From the IMG/VR virus record IMGVR_UViG_3300032397_000006, positions 32,001-96,000 of that record: 64,000 bases of DNA. One strand, written 5' to 3'. The position numbers and the translations under genes are program-made. The notes under the pieces are model-generated. The model saw nothing but the letters and a program-made list of their open reading frames with translations, ran no database searches and was not told where the DNA came from. The stretch comes from a virus. Position 1 is the first letter of the stretch. The number at the start of each line of letters is the position of its first letter. Shown piece by piece: positions 18,501 through 27,419 of this stretch.

Positions 18501-20835
18501 GGGAAATGCCTTTCATGGACGCGGCGAGCGCTGCGATTTTCTTTTTATGCGCAGGCGACATGCCGAGATCAGGAGATACCGCGTAAGTGTTCTGCGCTGC
18601 CGGCGTGCGCACGCCCTTACTGTCCTCGTAGAAGTAGTTATGCCCGCCCTTACCATCGGGCTCACGGCGAATGTATTTGTGTCCCGGGCGCTCGCTGCCT
18701 TCGCTCTTTTTCAGTTTGAATCTGGCGAGCACTTCTGGCTTGCGCATTACGCGCTCGATCGGACGCCCAAAACGGTCAGTATCTTCTCCCTCCTCGGATG
18801 ATTGCGAGCCCAGCAGGAGGGCGTACTTTCCTTGATAGGCTTTTGCGTGATCTAATGCCCGCGAGACGTCGCTACCGTCTCGGCTACCTAGATCAATTGC
18901 GCTAGTCCCGTCGAGAACATCATCCGTAGGTTCACCATCCTCCCAGCGGCGGGACTCTGCTAAAATAGAACCGACCTCAGGTGGATCTGCGTCGTCAACA
19001 ATGCGCAAGCCGATCGTATGAAATTCAGGCGCATATTCTTTCAGTATCGACTTCACGGCGTCTATGTGCAACGGCGAGATGTCAGTTCTCTCGCGCTGCT
19101 TGAGTCTATCTTCGAATTGGAGGTCGGAGAATTGCCGCGTAGGCGCGAGCTCGCGCACTTTCGCAACATGCTCGCGCAGCTGATCGAGCGACATCGCGCC
19201 TTCATCGAAAGTCGCGAATAAATCGAGGCTCAAGTCGAGCGCGAGGTGCGGCTCAATCTGAAAATCAATTGCGCGTAGCCCTTTGATCTTGGTGTTGAGC
19301 TCTGCTGCTGCACGCTTACCGATCGGCTGCACGTAGCCGATATCGATCATCTTCGGTTTATCGCCCTCGATCACGAATGAGTTTTCCTTGAATTCAGGCG
19401 CTGTGAATTCGTGCTCGCGCAGCACCTTCGCAATCGTCTGGTGCGCCTCCCACAAGCCTTTCGAACCCCACCCCCCGGGTCTGCCCTCGACCTCAGCGCG
19501 CACGAGCGTGTCAGTGTCCGCGTCGTATTTTTCGAACGAGGGCACGAGGTCTTTCGTGCGCGGATCCTTGCTCAGCACCTCGAGAGCGTGCGCTTCATTC
19601 TTGCGCGAGCTCACGCCGCGGCGACCGACCTTGTACGCGGAGGCTCCATCCGTGAACACGATGCCCTCAGCGCCCGCCCCTAGCAGGCTCAGGGTGCCCG
19701 CTCTCGCGCCAGCCTTCACGGCACGTGCCGCAGCCTGCGGGAGCTCCGCGTGGACGGCGGCAGGCGCGTCCTCGAGTAACTTTGCGACGTCGACCTGTTC
19801 CGGGCGCTCCAACTTTTTCAGCGCTTCGGCCAGATCCTGATCAATGACCAGCTTACCGAAGGCGTCGGCATCCTTGCGGAGCGCGTGCGACATATCGATC
19901 AACTCGAGTGCGAATTTGTCCCGTTGCGCGTCTTGCTTCGGCGGGAACTTCAACACGTGTCGTAGCTGCGCTTCCCACTCATATTCGAGATTCGCGCCGC
20001 GAGGCGTGTAACGCTGTCCATTGCGTGCGTACAGACTCTCAAGTCCGTCGAGATCACTCTGCTGCGGAGACAGATGCCGGTAGCCGTCGTAGGGCTCCGC
20101 CTTGCCCGCCTTGCCTACGTCGAACATGAAGGCCTTACCGTCGTCATCGACACCGATCTGCGGCGTGTCGCCGAGCACGTAGCCGGCTTTGTGCATCGCG
20201 AGCACCGTATCGTGGGCCGCGTCGAGCTGCTCTAGCGTGAGCTTGTCGGGAATGCCGAGATAGCGCTTGATCGTGTAGCCGCGCCCGTCGTGCTCCACGA
20301 AGCGCTCAGGCAGTAGCCCGGGCACTCCGGCATCGCGGAGAGCTTGCTGTGTCTCGTGCTGCTCGCGTGCGACCTCGACAGCTTTCTGCGCTGTCTTGTA
20401 CCAGGGGTTTGACGGCTGATAGGGGACAACCGTGCTGACTTTGACAACGTTGTCCCCTGACTTGAAAACAAGACCGTCGTCGCCCTTACCAAGAAACTCG
20501 GCAGTACCTCCGGTCACGGCGTCGATATCCGGATCTCCGCTTTTCTTATCGCTGACTACGCGGCCTTCTAAATCATCCTTGTACATAGCAAGCGCGTCGT
20601 GCGAAATCTTGTGCCCGTAGCCAGGCACCGTCGCGTGAAAGCCGACGCTCGCGTGCGTGTCGTCGGAATCAAATACTTTCCATTTGAGCGTGCCGCGCAT
20701 TCCGAGCTTTTCGTGCGGCGTAATGTCGATCTCATGCCCCGCTAAATAGCGATAGAGCCAGCCGCCCTTACCATCAGGATGGCGCTCGAGATACTTGTGC
20801 CCCTCTACGGTTTCGCCCTTGGCTGCCTTCTGCAT
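15583..20835 (-). CDS. tagged polyvalent protein: two kinase-like, ART-like, SAM-lyase-like, DarA_C-like and inorganic pyrophosphatase domains
   Basis: 1750 aa with four tags. LGKGDDGLV..VVK..FDVG; LGAGAEGIV..AYK..IDIG; IHRG..SSWT..EEE; IISAGR..GHY..EAS..QDSVI; NRP..APKG..RHG.V.Y..PL..YEL; VENQAGSYR..YGYV..DGDHVDV..DEQKCMLGF. Confidence 0.85.
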   Translation of the reverse strand: MQKAAKGETVEGHKYLERHPDGKGGWLYRYLAGHEIDITPHEKLGMRGTLKWKVFDSDDTHASVGFHATVPGYGHKISHDALAMYKDDLEGRVVSDKKSGDPDIDAVTGGTAEFLGKGDDGLVFKSGDNVVKVSTVVPYQPSNPWYKTAQKAVEVAREQHETQQALRDAGVPGLLPERFVEHDGRGYTIKRYLGIPDKLTLEQLDAAHDTVLAMHKAGYVLGDTPQIGVDDDGKAFMFDVGKAGKAEPYDGYRHLSPQQSDLDGLESLYARNGQRYTPRGANLEYEWEAQLRHVLKFPPKQDAQRDKFALELIDMSHALRKDADAFGKLVIDQDLAEALKKLERPEQVDVAKLLEDAPAAVHAELPQAAARAVKAGARAGTLSLLGAGAEGIVFTDGASAYKVGRRGVSSRKNEAHALEVLSKDPRTKDLVPSFEKYDADTDTLVRAEVEGRPGGWGSKGLWEAHQTIAKVLREHEFTAPEFKENSFVIEGDKPKMIDIGYVQPIGKRAAAELNTKIKGLRAIDFQIEPHLALDLSLDLFATFDEGAMSLDQLREHVAKVRELAPTRQFSDLQFEDRLKQRERTDISPLHIDAVKSILKEYAPEFHTIGLRIVDDADPPEVGSILAESRRWEDGEPTDDVLDGTSAIDLGSRDGSDVSRALDHAKAYQGKYALLLGSQSSEEGEDTDRFGRPIERVMRKPEVLARFKLKKSEGSERPGHKYIRREPDGKGGHNYFYEDSKGVRTPAAQNTYAVSPDLGMSPAHKKKIAALAASMKGISHTDDAFADHSDESHVRNAWRNEWMTKTTPQLALIGKIARGRASADEKRTFAEAVTRASRISKKEIDDCEAMAIRQYAATQALFAAKGERTVRIHRGIAHDQGKALVEQAKQAQGGTVPVAVRSLSSWTSDHESAHDFGTQYATRGAVVTLDVPVEAVLFHAEHEADLGAYEGEEETLVMARDDLQVPAAAIQEAQGELGDPDPDAFKRHRISLPHETEKVEAEREARREAEKKSAKAAEKQKQAEWEAGAPAREAAAQAEREAAQAKRAAQDKVAAEQQQKLEVEQYHASKLPKAEREKMAKELLAKPGVISSIGQLDRHWRMWLGVDMKGNATRDDGDAPAVHPDTYAAVKARAEGTEKSMHIIPWGEAIRKAREGSEGERPGHKYVRRTPDGKGGWRYGYDLPGHPSDRPPRKPAGEVRLTRPQLDDLLEHGTYSIISAGRNGNDAREKDMSEDHAEFKARHERLRGELKKRKLRYTEVEGHYGSREASFIVHHESAKPQKSNAFMVHHDSPSEFGVMRALGKQFNQDSVIHSHRGAHEMHFTTGGHAGEHHKGKGYEYKPAAEDFYTRVETPGRPSKFALDFDWDKRHAFQDAVLKALLVLRKAAKGEEQAGHLYAERHPDGKGGWHYVYGMQNRPIGTFTAPKGFSSIGKHPAFRHGTVTYDAPLSKEDQRSYELQPIASPEGRKQAVSHAINALAEYREEYAELASEPGGRRMIEPAIRQAFARFGAHIEDSDDAITEVIDSLKAPLEKSRKLHRRRDFRGLKVSVENQAGSYRHWYDAHAKRAGKTKMVHDYGYVRRTQGTDGDHVDVYVGPDKMAPYVFVIDQLKSPDFVHVDEQKCMLGFSNLGAAVQAYQAHYDDPRFLGQVRAVAFEDFAAFVTDPSNHGALVKSYVVQRYSPSQESPDFEGIYGTVQTEKEVKASRRRRKALARRNSGKYAFHGAAPQKPSIRFNVREWATIRDAVETGKR

Positions 20836-20856
20836 GGGCGAGAGCGTAGCAAAAGG
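20836..20856 (-). promoter_or_regulatory. extended -10 promoter giving a probable leaderless mRNA for the tagged-protein operon
   Basis: TGcTACGCT-7 nt-ATG, with no SD. Confidence 0.5.
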
Positions 20857-21299
20857 CCTGACACGCGTGCGGTTTGAATGTCAGGCCCGGGGGAAGCTGT
20901 TATGTAACCTCAACTGCCCGGCAATTAAAACAGCACACCGAGAACACCTGAGGGGCGGGCGCAACCCGCGCGCATAAACCCGGAGTAGGTTTTGCCCTAA
21001 TGGCACAGCGCTTATATTGCCTGGTGTGTATGGATGCGGCAAACCGCGTTTCAGCGCGCGGGCGCAAGTGGCAAGTGACGTGGCGCGGCTGTGGGCTGAT
21101 CTCGCAGTGCTGCGGCGTAGCTCGGTCTATTTTCGAAGGTGGCGGCAAAGCTCCCGCGAAAACGAGAAAGCAAATCAGCAGTGCGAAGATCAGCGCCACG
21201 CGTTGATCCGTACACGAAGGGAGGCTGCGCTGTCTAGTCGATCAGTACGGGCCGATTATCCCCGTGCGGTCTGTGTTAATTGCAGAGGCGTTTTTGCGT

Positions 21300-22040
21300 T
21301 CAGAGCTCGTCGAGCGCGATATGAGCCGCTTCGTGATCGGGCAGCCCTTGCGAGACGAGGCGGTAAAAATCACTCAGCAGTTTCGGCGCCAGTATGCGCG
21401 ACGAGTAAGAAATCATGTAATCAGCCCACGTATCGTAATCGCTAGGCACCGTCGCAAATCCTGTCCATTCCATATGGCAGCCGCGGCAGTGGAAGCGCCC
21501 TACCGCACACGCGCTCGAGAGCGAGATATGAAGGCAGCGCTCGTAAAGCTCCTCGTGCAGATGCCGGTACTCGACTTCGCGCCCTTCGCTCAGCGCAGCC
21601 TTTATGGCCATTTGCATACCAGGAGAAACACCTCGATCCCTGTAAACAACGTGTGCCGCAGAGGCCGCACGAGCCCAGGCAAAGCCCGCATTCATACCCT
21701 GTGCACGCTCGCCCGGATCGAGATCGTCGAGCGCCTCTGTGTACATCTGGTGCGACGCGAAAGGGGCCTCGCCACGCAGGATGCTGTCTCGAATACAGCG
21801 CTGCAGATATTCCCTATTCGCTGCGACGTCTACAGCTTTATTCTCTGTCGCACCGCTCGCGTAGGGACTCTCGATCACTACGAGCCTAGGCACGCGCGGC
21901 ACAACGAGCGTTTCGCTCGGCAGCGGTTCACCCAGACAGTTAACAGCGTGCGTCTGCTCCATCCGAGACAAGCGATAGTCAGGATCGACGATGGAGTAGT
22001 AAATAGAGTTGCGACATTTTTTGCAGATGAAGTGAGCCAT
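21300..22040 (-). CDS. nucleoside deoxyribosyltransferase-like fold protein (DUF4406/DUF7768-type) with Cys motifs
   Basis: LVVIESPYA..N..Y...CIRDS..RGEAPFASH..Y...ER..G...VVY.DRGVS.GM. Confidence 0.7.
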   Translation of the reverse strand: MAHFICKKCRNSIYYSIVDPDYRLSRMEQTHAVNCLGEPLPSETLVVPRVPRLVVIESPYASGATENKAVDVAANREYLQRCIRDSILRGEAPFASHQMYTEALDDLDPGERAQGMNAGFAWARAASAAHVVYRDRGVSPGMQMAIKAALSEGREVEYRHLHEELYERCLHISLSSACAVGRFHCRGCHMEWTGFATVPSDYDTWADYMISYSSRILAPKLLSDFYRLVSQGLPDHEAAHIALDEL

Positions 22041-22474
22041 TACGCCTCTTTTGATAACCAATATTTTCGCACCACGCGAGGCGACACACCGAGCTCACGC
22101 CCCGCAGCGCGTGCCGAACCTGAGTGCACTCGGATCCTGCGAATAAGCGACGAGGGCAGTTTCTTGCACGCGCGCTTGTCCTCTTTCGATCGTGTGTTCT
22201 GGAATGACGCGGGTACCTTACGCGGCTGATCTGTACGCCCGTGCTCGAGCAGCCACGATGCCAAAGGCATGCACGCGAAACCCTCGTTGATCACCCAGCG
22301 TGTCTCGAAATCATCCTCGCTGATTAGCGCGGCGACCGGACGCACGACTACTTCGACACTTCCGCGTGTACCTTGGTAATGCCAGCCGAAACCATTTCGC
22401 ACCGCGCACCATTCCCAGTCCGGAGCTCGCTCGCGAAGGTAGGCCGCGTTCACGGTATCGACTCCGCGTCCCAT
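22040..22474 (-). CDS. hypothetical protein with C-terminal HTH
   Basis: GSARAAGRELGVSPRVVRKY. Confidence 0.55.
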   Translation of the reverse strand: MGRGVDTVNAAYLRERAPDWEWCAVRNGFGWHYQGTRGSVEVVVRPVAALISEDDFETRWVINEGFACMPLASWLLEHGRTDQPRKVPASFQNTRSKEDKRACKKLPSSLIRRIRVHSGSARAAGRELGVSPRVVRKYWLSKEA

Positions 22475-22725
22475 ATAGGTTCGAACGAAGTAATTCCTAC
22501 CCTGAAACGATAAAGCTCGCCGCTAGCAGCACGCACTGATATCGGCTGTCCTTGCCCTTGCCCTGTGGCGATCTCCCTTCCGTGGTCAGCGCAATACAAC
22601 TCCTCGCGCAGGCCCTCAGTATCCTGTTTTGCGTACGCGATCGCCGCGTCGTAGGGCTCCTCAACAAAAAACTCTTTCGCGTCCGACTCGTCCGCATTTA
22701 GCTCATCCCACACTCGATAAATCAT
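22450..22725 (-). CDS. hypothetical protein
   Basis: ATGA-coupled start at 22725. Confidence 0.55.
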   Translation of the reverse strand: MIYRVWDELNADESDAKEFFVEEPYDAAIAYAKQDTEGLREELYCADHGREIATGQGQGQPISVRAASGELYRFRVGITSFEPIWDAESIP

Positions 22726-23039
22726 ACGCTCTGATTCCCTTCGCTCGGCATAAATGACAGATCGATAGCGCAATCGCCGTGCCCCACTGAAAGCGTCCAC
22801 GCAACGCGCCCGTGATTCTTTTTCTCAGAAGCACCCACGACAATAATCGCGAACGTGCGCGTGATAGCGGCGACGACAAGAGACGGATCGGCAACACGCT
22901 CAGCCCAGGGGACACAAATCAGATCCATGTCGCGCCCGAGTGTCCCGTGTATCGCTAACGCGTAACCATAGGAACGCGCGATCACAGCGAGCTCCGGATA
23001 AAGCGCGCAGTACACGGGCGCGTAGGTCGGATCTTTCAC
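22722..23039 (-). CDS. conserved phage protein, minimal nucleotidyltransferase-like motif
   Basis: GYALAIHGTLGRDMDLICVPW. Confidence 0.55.
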   Translation of the reverse strand: MKDPTYAPVYCALYPELAVIARSYGYALAIHGTLGRDMDLICVPWAERVADPSLVVAAITRTFAIIVVGASEKKNHGRVAWTLSVGHGDCAIDLSFMPSEGNQSV

Positions 23040-23275
23040 GGCTCGTCTCCCTGCTCCTCCGCTAGCTCGGCCTCGACTTGCGCGAGAATCCGATCGAGCA
23101 AGAGTTTCGTTTCCAGCAGCGCATTACGCTGCATGCTCGAACCCCACACTCCCTCAAGCGACGTCTGCGAAATGTAGTGCTGCATTAATTCTTTCACTGA
23201 TCCGAACACGTCAACCTTTACGGTGCTCGGACTGTGAATAATCAGAGTCACGTGACCTTGCTTGATCATTCCCAC
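23036..23275 (-). CDS. hypothetical protein
   Basis: Coupled ORF. Confidence 0.5.
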   Translation of the reverse strand: MGMIKQGHVTLIIHSPSTVKVDVFGSVKELMQHYISQTSLEGVWGSSMQRNALLETKLLLDRILAQVEAELAEEQGDEP

Positions 23276-23279
23276 GGTA

Positions 23280-23480
23280 TTACTCCCATCCGATCGGCGC
23301 GCAGACGCACACCTGTTCGTACTGAGTCACAACAAATTCCGGACGCAGGCCTAGCGGGCATTTCGTACGCGCGCATTCGCGATGCTTATACGTCAAGCCC
23401 GCCACAGCACCGATTATCGCGACGATTAGGACGATCCAGATCGCGACGAAATACTTTTTAGTCGCTTGTACGCTGTCCAT
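23280..23480 (-). CDS. small membrane protein
   Basis: One hydrophobic helix and a Cys-rich tail. Confidence 0.6.
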   Translation of the reverse strand: MDSVQATKKYFVAIWIVLIVAIIGAVAGLTYKHRECARTKCPLGLRPEFVVTQYEQVCVCAPIGWE

Positions 23481-23492
23481 ACGGCGGAGCTC

Positions 23493-24137
23493 CTACTCGT
23501 TATCTAGTATCGCGAGCGCTGACAGTAACTGCACAGGCGCGTACGCAAATGAAACGACGTCAGCGTGAGACATAATGCGCCCTCGCAACGCGTGCCCCAC
23601 ACCGAGATCGAGCACGTCTACTTTGGTGCCTGATGGAGCTCCGCAAAGCGCGGGATCGGAGGTCACGAAATACGTGCGGCATGCGACGGGACGCACCGCG
23701 TACACGCTGCACGTATTGTCCGGCCGCAAGAACACGCAGGCTTCGTTTTCCTCCCACCACAACGTGCACAGTGCGTCGTTCTTTTTCGTGTAGTCGTCGA
23801 GGTCTTCGGTGCTCGCCAATTCCGTGTCAGGATTATCGCCGAACGTCTTCGCGTAATGCGGCTTGAGCTTTTCGACTTGAGCTAGCAGCTGCTTTCGCTT
23901 CGCGCGTAGCTTGTGCGGATAGGCCGCTGCGATGGCGAGAGCTTCCTCCGCGCTGATCAGAATCAGCATCTTGCAACAGTGCGCGCAGCCTTTTGTACAC
24001 GAGGGCTCGGCCTGCGCGAGCACCGCATCCATCGCAAGATCGGCGCGTAAGTATTCGTGCGTCAGCTGCTGTCCGATTATCGCCAACGAGCGCTTTCTTG
24101 ATTCAGGGACACCAGGAGCTTTCATGTGTCCCCTCAT
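23493..24137 (-). CDS. YkgJ-family CxxCxxCC Zn/Fe-chelating protein
   Basis: CTKGCAHCC ... CVFL....CSVY.VRP.ACR.Y. Confidence 0.88.
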   Translation of the reverse strand: MRGHMKAPGVPESRKRSLAIIGQQLTHEYLRADLAMDAVLAQAEPSCTKGCAHCCKMLILISAEEALAIAAAYPHKLRAKRKQLLAQVEKLKPHYAKTFGDNPDTELASTEDLDDYTKKNDALCTLWWEENEACVFLRPDNTCSVYAVRPVACRTYFVTSDPALCGAPSGTKVDVLDLGVGHALRGRIMSHADVVSFAYAPVQLLSALAILDNE

Positions 24138-24805
24138 AGCGCGTCGAGCTGCTTACTCTTGAATTGGCCAGGGTTGCTCCGCGGTGAGTTGCGGTATTTC
24201 TTGATCGTACTCTCTGCAACGCCGAGCTCTTTCGCCGCGGCCTTCACGGTGCCTTCGTGTTGTTTGATTTGCGTGATTAGCTCCGCAGACAGCACCTTGC
24301 GCGTGGACGCAGGTAGCTTGTGCCCCGTGACGGCACCGTGGCTCACGCCACGCTTAATGCAACCTACGTGCGCGGGAGACAGATCGTATTTCTGCCCGAT
24401 CTCCTGCAGCGTCCCCTTTGCAGCGTAGATCTCGAGCACCTGTTTCTTGGTCAGCTTTTCCGGCATCTTTTCCCCCAATGTGGCCGCGAACGTCTTGTGC
24501 TGCTCTCCTACTGTCACCATTTTACCGAAGCGCCCACCGAGAGCAGCAAAGCGCAGCGCTATATTGTTGCCCGGGCCTGCCTGATTTACGAACCAACCGA
24601 CGCACACTTGCTCGGCACCCGCCTCTGTTTCGTGGCACGCCATTAAGCGTAAGGCGCCGTCGCTGTTATAACCGCGATTCTCTGGCGTCGCGATCGTGCG
24701 CACGAGCGCAGCGTGTTTCGTTGCGCAATAGTTACCCGGGATATCGCGCTCGGGAACAGTGCTCGTTTTCCACGGGCACGCTTTACACTGCACGCGCGTT
24801 TTCAT
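24134..24805 (-). CDS. DUF6283-like Cys domain fused to tandem HTH motifs
   Basis: CKACPW...MACH...C.GW; LQEIGQKYDLS; VKAAAKELGVAESTI. Confidence 0.7.
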   Translation of the reverse strand: MKTRVQCKACPWKTSTVPERDIPGNYCATKHAALVRTIATPENRGYNSDGALRLMACHETEAGAEQVCVGWFVNQAGPGNNIALRFAALGGRFGKMVTVGEQHKTFAATLGEKMPEKLTKKQVLEIYAAKGTLQEIGQKYDLSPAHVGCIKRGVSHGAVTGHKLPASTRKVLSAELITQIKQHEGTVKAAAKELGVAESTIKKYRNSPRSNPGQFKSKQLDAL

Positions 24806-24817
24806 TCGATCACCTCA

Positions 24818-25081
24818 CTAGGGACTCAAAACGCTGCGTACCGCGCAGTCCTTCGACTCCAGCAGCTTGCGCAACGCTACCGTCGCCTCAGCGTTGGCAG
24901 GCATTGTATCCGCCATCTCGTACGCGAGCTCGCAGTAAGGCCTACTCACTTCCTGCAGGTTCTTCGGCAAGTGCTCGTACTTAAAGAAGCTCAAAAGCTT
25001 CCGTACGACGGGGTTATCGGACGCACAACCATTCACCTTGTACAAATCCTCAACGCTTTGCTTTACATCATCGTTACTCAT
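24818..25081 (-). CDS. small helical-hairpin protein, putative Acb2/Tad1-like nucleotide sponge
   Basis: FF.Y.HLP..LQ.VS.P..ELA...P.NAE.TVALRKLLESKDCAVR; adjacent to the Tad1 homologue. Confidence 0.55.
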   Translation of the reverse strand: MSNDDVKQSVEDLYKVNGCASDNPVVRKLLSFFKYEHLPKNLQEVSRPYCELAYEMADTMPANAEATVALRKLLESKDCAVRSVLSP

Positions 25082-25127
25082 TCTGTCACCTTTCTACACT
25101 GCACGTCCTCATCGCTAAGCGTGCGCG

Positions 25128-25499
25128 TCATATAACGTTCGTGCCTTCCACACCGCGTGCCACGCGCGCCCTCGTTCGTTCCTGCAGCCAGCGCATTGCA
25201 TTAAGCAAGCACGCGAGCACTTCGCGGTTATCCTCGCAAGCAAACGCTCCGGACTGAAATCCATCCATGCGATCAATAAGGATCGCTAAAAGCGCTTCGT
25301 TCGTAACGCCGTTGACGCCGACTTCCTTGATCGGGCCTCGCTGGAACTCGATGTCGCAGCCCTGAGGGTCGCCGTGCTTAGGCTGAAACCGAACCTTGTA
25401 GACGTGGCTCGCGTTGCCGTACTGCTCATCGCGCGCGTCCGCAATGATCGTGATCGCCTCGTTGCAGGCGTTGCTTTTATGTGACGTTACTTCGTGCAT
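25128..25499 (-). CDS. tad1: Thoeris anti-defence Tad1-family sponge protein
   Basis: H.Y...IEFQRGP..E.GVNGV....LL.I..DR...FQSG.F.C.DN....WL..RT..R..RGVEGT follows the Tad1 pattern along its length. Confidence 0.85.
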   Translation of the reverse strand: MHEVTSHKSNACNEAITIIADARDEQYGNASHVYKVRFQPKHGDPQGCDIEFQRGPIKEVGVNGVTNEALLAILIDRMDGFQSGAFACEDNREVLACLLNAMRWLQERTRARVARGVEGTNVI

Positions 25500-25524
25500 T
25501 ACTCGAGTACCCTTTCGCTATGGC

Positions 25525-25761
25525 TTACGGCATCACTCCCACAGACACGATCTCCGCGTAGCCCTGTGAGCGGATCGCGTGCTCTGCGAATTTCGCTCCG
25601 TGGAATACGCGCACGACATAGCAGCCGTCGCGACGCTCGGGCCCCTCAGGCGTCCCGCAACCCACGACGCGCGCCATACATACAGGCAGCATGGTTAGCG
25701 TCGCGTCGAGCGCATCAGGATTCGCCACGCGCACCAAGATCTCTACAATTTCATCCGCCAT
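25525..25761 (-). CDS. hypothetical protein
   Basis: ATG 25761 downstream of a degenerate cassette with TTGACA. Confidence 0.55.
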   Translation of the reverse strand: MADEIVEILVRVANPDALDATLTMLPVCMARVVGCGTPEGPERRDGCYVVRVFHGAKFAEHAIRSQGYAEIVSVGVMP

Positions 25762-26005
25762 ACGCACCCCGCAATTTCGGCGGTTATCGCGCGCAAGGGT
25801 AAGCTTGTCAAGCTGCGTGATTGCGTAGCAGGGCAAGCGCCTACGCATTCGCTACGCAATCTTTACGGGCCGCGCCTGCGCTGCGTGTACGCCTCATAGA
25901 GGCGCAGCGCGACCTTGAACAGGGCAGCACTCGCCCGCGAGCCTAGGGCGCCTGCAAGGAACAGCGCGAGGGCAAGCAACGCGTACAAAAGCCAGTCGTG
26001 CACTG

Positions 26006-26647
26006 TCAGAGATTCCACGCTCGTGCCTCCGCGCTATCGCGCCCTCCGGACATCTCCCACACAAAAGCGTTCGCGTGCAGCACGTCGCCGTCTGCGGCCA
26101 GCCCCGTGCACATTAATAGCACGTGCAAAGTCTCGTGCCGGATCGACGAAAGCACGTGCGTATTGTCTGGCGCGAGGTGCGCCGTGTAAACGACCGCTTG
26201 CCACGGTGCGTGGCTGAAAACCGAAGTTATGCAGCTCGTTGCACGCAGCGGATCGTCGTGCCTCAGCGCAGCAGCACACGTCTCTGCAAATGCCATGGAG
26301 TTGAGCTCACGCACAACGCGCAAATCGTCAATGCAGCTCGACCTTGGCATCGGGAGGCCTACGGCAAGCCACGCGTTACGCGCCGAAATGATCGCTGCTG
26401 TGTCCTGAATATCGCGCTCCGGTGTACAGCTCTCGAGCAGCACGATCACGCACACGAGAAACACGAACGCAGCGAAGGCCCACACCAGGCGGCGCACACG
26501 TTGAATGCGTTCACGCTCGCGCTCACGAAGTTGAGGGTGTTCGAACAGCACGCGATTACGGGCAGCGTTTCGAGCTCGGCGCCGTTCGAATTCATTCGTC
26601 GACAGTCGAATCGCGCGCAGTGCTCGCTCTCGTTCCGGACGGCTCAT
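26006..26647 (-). CDS. membrane-anchored protein with HExxH motif
   Basis: TM segment LVWAFAAFVFLVCVIVLL; RHETLH. Confidence 0.55.
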   Translation of the reverse strand: MSRPERERALRAIRLSTNEFERRRARNAARNRVLFEHPQLRERERERIQRVRRLVWAFAAFVFLVCVIVLLESCTPERDIQDTAAIISARNAWLAVGLPMPRSSCIDDLRVVRELNSMAFAETCAAALRHDDPLRATSCITSVFSHAPWQAVVYTAHLAPDNTHVLSSIRHETLHVLLMCTGLAADGDVLHANAFVWEMSGGRDSAEARAWNL

Positions 26648-26656
26648 GATTCCCCC

Positions 26657-27154
26657 TCAGTCGTCATAGGCAGCACGCAGTAGTTTACGCGCAGTGTGGA
26701 GCCTCGAGTACACGGTGCCTACCGGGATATCGAGCTCTGCCGCGATATCCTCGCACGTGTAGCCCATGGCAAACGACAGCAGCGCGTCTCGGTAGTGTGC
26801 GGGTATCGCGTCGAGCTCCGCACGTAGGCGCGCTACGGCTTGCTCTTGTCCTAGCTGCGCGTCCTGTGATGGCGTGCTGGCGACACGGTAGCGTGCGTAG
26901 CTCATTTCGCTGAATATCTTACGCTGTCTTGCTCGCCGCATATTCGCCGCGATTCGAATTGCGATAGCGCCAAGCCACGTGCGCGGTGCTGCAGCGCCTG
27001 GGCGATATCCGCCGTAGTGATTCGCCACAATAAACACGGACTGCACGCCGTCGTCGACCGCGGACGGGTGCACGCCTGAACGCAACAGTAAGGCCGCAAC
27101 GTAGTGCGAGTGCTGCCGGAATAACTGCCCCGCGTCTGCGGCTGCGTGTTCCAC
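26657..27154 (-). CDS. ECF (sigma-70 family group 4) RNA polymerase sigma factor
   Basis: Region 2 VDDGVQSVF..RTWL..IA; region 4 GYTCEDIAAELDIPVGTVYSRLHTARK. Confidence 0.92.
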   Translation of the reverse strand: MEHAAADAGQLFRQHSHYVAALLLRSGVHPSAVDDGVQSVFIVANHYGGYRPGAAAPRTWLGAIAIRIAANMRRARQRKIFSEMSYARYRVASTPSQDAQLGQEQAVARLRAELDAIPAHYRDALLSFAMGYTCEDIAAELDIPVGTVYSRLHTARKLLRAAYDD

Positions 27155-27170
27155 AGCTGCAAGAGTAACA

Positions 27171-27419
27171 CTACGGCAACTTTCGGATCTCGCGCTGAAT
27201 CTCTAGCAGGAAGTTCTGCACTTCCTTGGCTAAGCCTGAGAATTTCGGCTGCAACGAAACGAGACGCAAGTCTTGATCAAATTCGAGCATTTCCCCGCAC
27301 GCTACACAGAACGTAGCGTCCCCCGCTTCAGGCGCACTCTCGCCGGCAACGCGCATTGCGCCTACTGCCGCAAGCGGTGCGCTGCACGTCGGGCACAGGT
27401 CTCTGTCAGGCACTTTCAT
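27171..27419 (-). CDS. small Zn-ribbon protein
   Basis: CPTC...P..GD...CVACG. Confidence 0.6.
   Translation of the reverse strand: MKVPDRDLCPTCSAPLAAVGAMRVAGESAPEAGDATFCVACGEMLEFDQDLRLVSLQPKFSGLAKEVQNFLLEIQREIRKLP

Noticed and set aside
20900-21199. Possible secreted 99-aa protein
   Set aside because: Only a hydrophobic N-terminus supports it; not enough to call.
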